Below, piece after piece: positions 62,005-64,000 of a stretch of DNA of 64,000 nt. This stretch comes from the human T2T-CHM13v2.0 reference genome, Homo sapiens. Location of the stretch: NCBI RefSeq assembly GCF_009914755.1, contig NC_060931.1, one strand, 5' to 3'. Every line of letters starts with the position of its first letter. Position 1 is the first letter of the stretch. The notes under the pieces are model-generated. The model had not been told where the DNA came from and ran no database searches. It worked only from the letters and a program-made list of their open reading frames with translations. A program made the translations under genes and the position numbers.

Positions 62005-63560
62005 TCTCGAAAGGGTGCCAGAGGCATGAGTTGGGCCTCAACAGGCCACCGTGACGGAGGAGCTGGGCCGCACACAGGCTGCTGGGAGGCAGGCAGGGAC
62101 TTGGTCCCGGGAGGCCGCCGTGAGGCCAGAGCTGGGCCTGGAGACGCCCCTGGGAGGCAAGAGCGGGGCCTGCAGAGGCTGTTCTCCAGCCAGACCTGGG
62201 CCTGTACAGGCCACCGGGAGGCAGGAGGTGGGACTGAGGAGCTTCGCTGGAGAAAGTTCAGGGTCTACAAAAGCCGGCGGGAGCTGGGCAGGAGCTGAGC
62301 CAAAAGAGCTTGCTTGCTGGGAGGCCGGAACTGGGCCTGGAGAGGCTGACTTCAGGACCACTTGGGCCTGCAGAGGCCGCCGGGAGGCCCAAGCTGGGCC
62401 TGGAGAAGCCCACCGACCCGAGGCCATTTGGGACCTGGAGACGCCGTCGGAGGGCAGGAGCTGAGCCTGGAGAGGCCGCCGAGAGGCCTGAGGTGGGCCC
62501 GGTGAGCTTGGCTTCAGGAAGCTGTGGGCCGACCAAGGCCACCAGGAGCTGGGCAGGCACTGAGTCCAAAGAGGTTGTTGGGAGGCAGGAGTCGGGCCTG
62601 TAGACGCAGCCGGGAGGAAGAGCTGGGCCCGGACAGGACGCCGGGAGGCTGCAAGTGGTTCTGGAGAGGCCGACTTGAGGAGCTTCTGGGCCCGGAGAGG
62701 CCGCCGGAAGGGAAAAACTGGGCCTGGAAAGGCCGTTGTGAGGAATGAGCCCCATGGGCCTGAAGAGGCCACTGGCAGGTGGGAGCTGGGCCTGCCGAAG
62801 CGGCGGAGAGGCCGGAGCTTTGGACTAGGGAGGCCGCAGGCGAGAGCGAGCTGGGCGTGGAGAGACCGCTGTGAGGCAGAGGCTGGGCCTGTGCAAGCTT
62901 TCGGGAGGCAGGAGGCCAGGCCTGCAGAGGCCGACTGGAGGTCAAGTTCGGGGCCTGCAGAGGCCGCGGAAAGTCAAAAGCGGGGCCTGGGAAGGCCGCT
63001 GGGAGGCATGAGCTGGGCTGGGCTGAAAGAGGCCACTGGGAGACAGGAGGAGCTGGACCTGGAGAGACGGACTCGAGGAACTTTTGCACCTGGAGAGGCC
63101 GCCGAGAGGCCGGAGCTGGGCCTGGGGAGGCTGACTTGAGGACGACTTGGGCCTGCAGAGTCTGCCGGGAGGCAGGAGCTGTCCCTGGACAGGCCTACTT
63201 GACGACAGTCTGGTCCCGCAGAGGCTGCCGGGAGGAAGAGCTGGGCCTGGAGAGGCCGACTGCAGGAAGTGCAGGACCTGGAGCCCATGCAAAGGAGGAA
63301 ACGACAGGCCGGGAGAGGCCGCCCTGACGCATGACCTTGGCCTCCGGAGGGCCGTGAGGCAGGAGCTGGGCCTGCGGGGGCCGCCCCAAGGCGGGAGCCT
63401 GGTCCGAGGAGGCCACGGCGAGGCAAGAGGTGGGCGTGGAGGGCCCACGGTTGAGGTAGAGGCTGGGCCTCTAGAGGCCGCAAACAGGCAGGGGCTGGGC
63501 CTAGAGAAGCCAACAGAGGCATGAACTGGGCCTCAACAGGCCAGCGTGAGGGAGGACTTC

Positions 63561-63794
63561 TCTCAGCGTTAGAGAGGCCAGTGTGAGGCAGGGCCTCACG
63601 CTGACCTCCCTCAGCGTTAGAGAGGCCAGTGTGAGGCAGGGCCTCACGCTGACCTCCCTCAGCGTGAGAGAGGCCAGTGTGAGGCAGGGCCACACGCTGA
63701 CCTCCCTCAGCGTGAGAGAGGCCAGTGTGAGGCAGGGGCTCACGCTGACCTCCCTCAGCGTGAGAGAGGCCAATGTGAGGCAGGGGCTCACGCC
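63561..63794. repeat. 48-bp VNTR, 5 copies (ajax-like)
   Basis: Starts at 63564, 63612, 63660, 63708, 63756. Confidence 0.92.
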
Positions 63795-64000
63795 TCTCGA
63801 AAGGGTGCCAGAGGCATGAGTTGGGCCTCAACAGGCCACCGTGACGGAGGAGCTGGGCCGCACACAGGCTGCTGGGAGGCAGGCAGGGACTTGGTCCCGG
63901 GAGGCCGCCGTGAGGCCAGAGCTGGGCCTGGAGACGCCCCTGGGAGGCAAGAGCCGGGCCTGCAGAGGCTGTTCTCCAGCCAGACCTGGGCCTGTACAGG

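Larger units (their letters stand above)
57445..64000 (+). repeat. GC-rich macrosatellite with a ~1.74-kb higher-order unit; runs off the window end
   Basis: Marker ggaagggaaaaa..gggcctggaaaggcc at 57463, 58574, 60964, 62706; paired ORFs offset by exactly 1742 bp (60772/62514, 61200/62942, 61405/63147). Confidence 0.93.

Noticed and set aside
60128-63794. 48-bp hairpin-containing repeats as a CRISPR array
   Set aside because: The monomers are contiguous with no unique spacers, there are no cas genes, and the context is primate.
57445-64000. SVA VNTR or D4Z4/DUX4 repeat
   Set aside because: There is no (CCCTCT)n, Alu-like or SINE-R domain and no homeobox ORF; the motif and unit length differ.

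Overview
This is primate (human/great-ape-type) nuclear DNA, most likely segmental-duplication sequence, and I can support no intact protein-coding gene in it. Bases 1-49,000 are extremely Alu-dense (roughly 65-70 Alu copies or fragments, many nested), with old L1/L2/MIR, MaLR/ERV LTRs and DNA transposons. This part also holds a CpG island that stops abruptly (35.6-36.06 kb) and a few minus-strand splice-like signals. From ~49.3 kb to the end lies a GC-rich complex satellite built on a degenerate GGAGGCAGGAGCTGGGCCTGGAGAGGCC motif, which from recall resembles the teucer/ajax composite that accompanies CICP loci. It has an old diverged left block ending in a minus-strand poly(A) site, followed by a fold-back inversion at ~52.03 kb. 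Next comes a scrambled processed pseudogene of CIC (capicua, short isoform; 53.46-57.33 kb). The window ends in a young ~1.74-kb-unit macrosatellite whose nested, hairpin-forming 48-bp VNTR steps 3, 4, 5 copies in successive units. Nearly all ORFs in the track are Alu-, L1- or GC-repeat artefacts. Repeat subfamily names and locus-family names are from memory and need RepeatMasker/BLAST confirmation.
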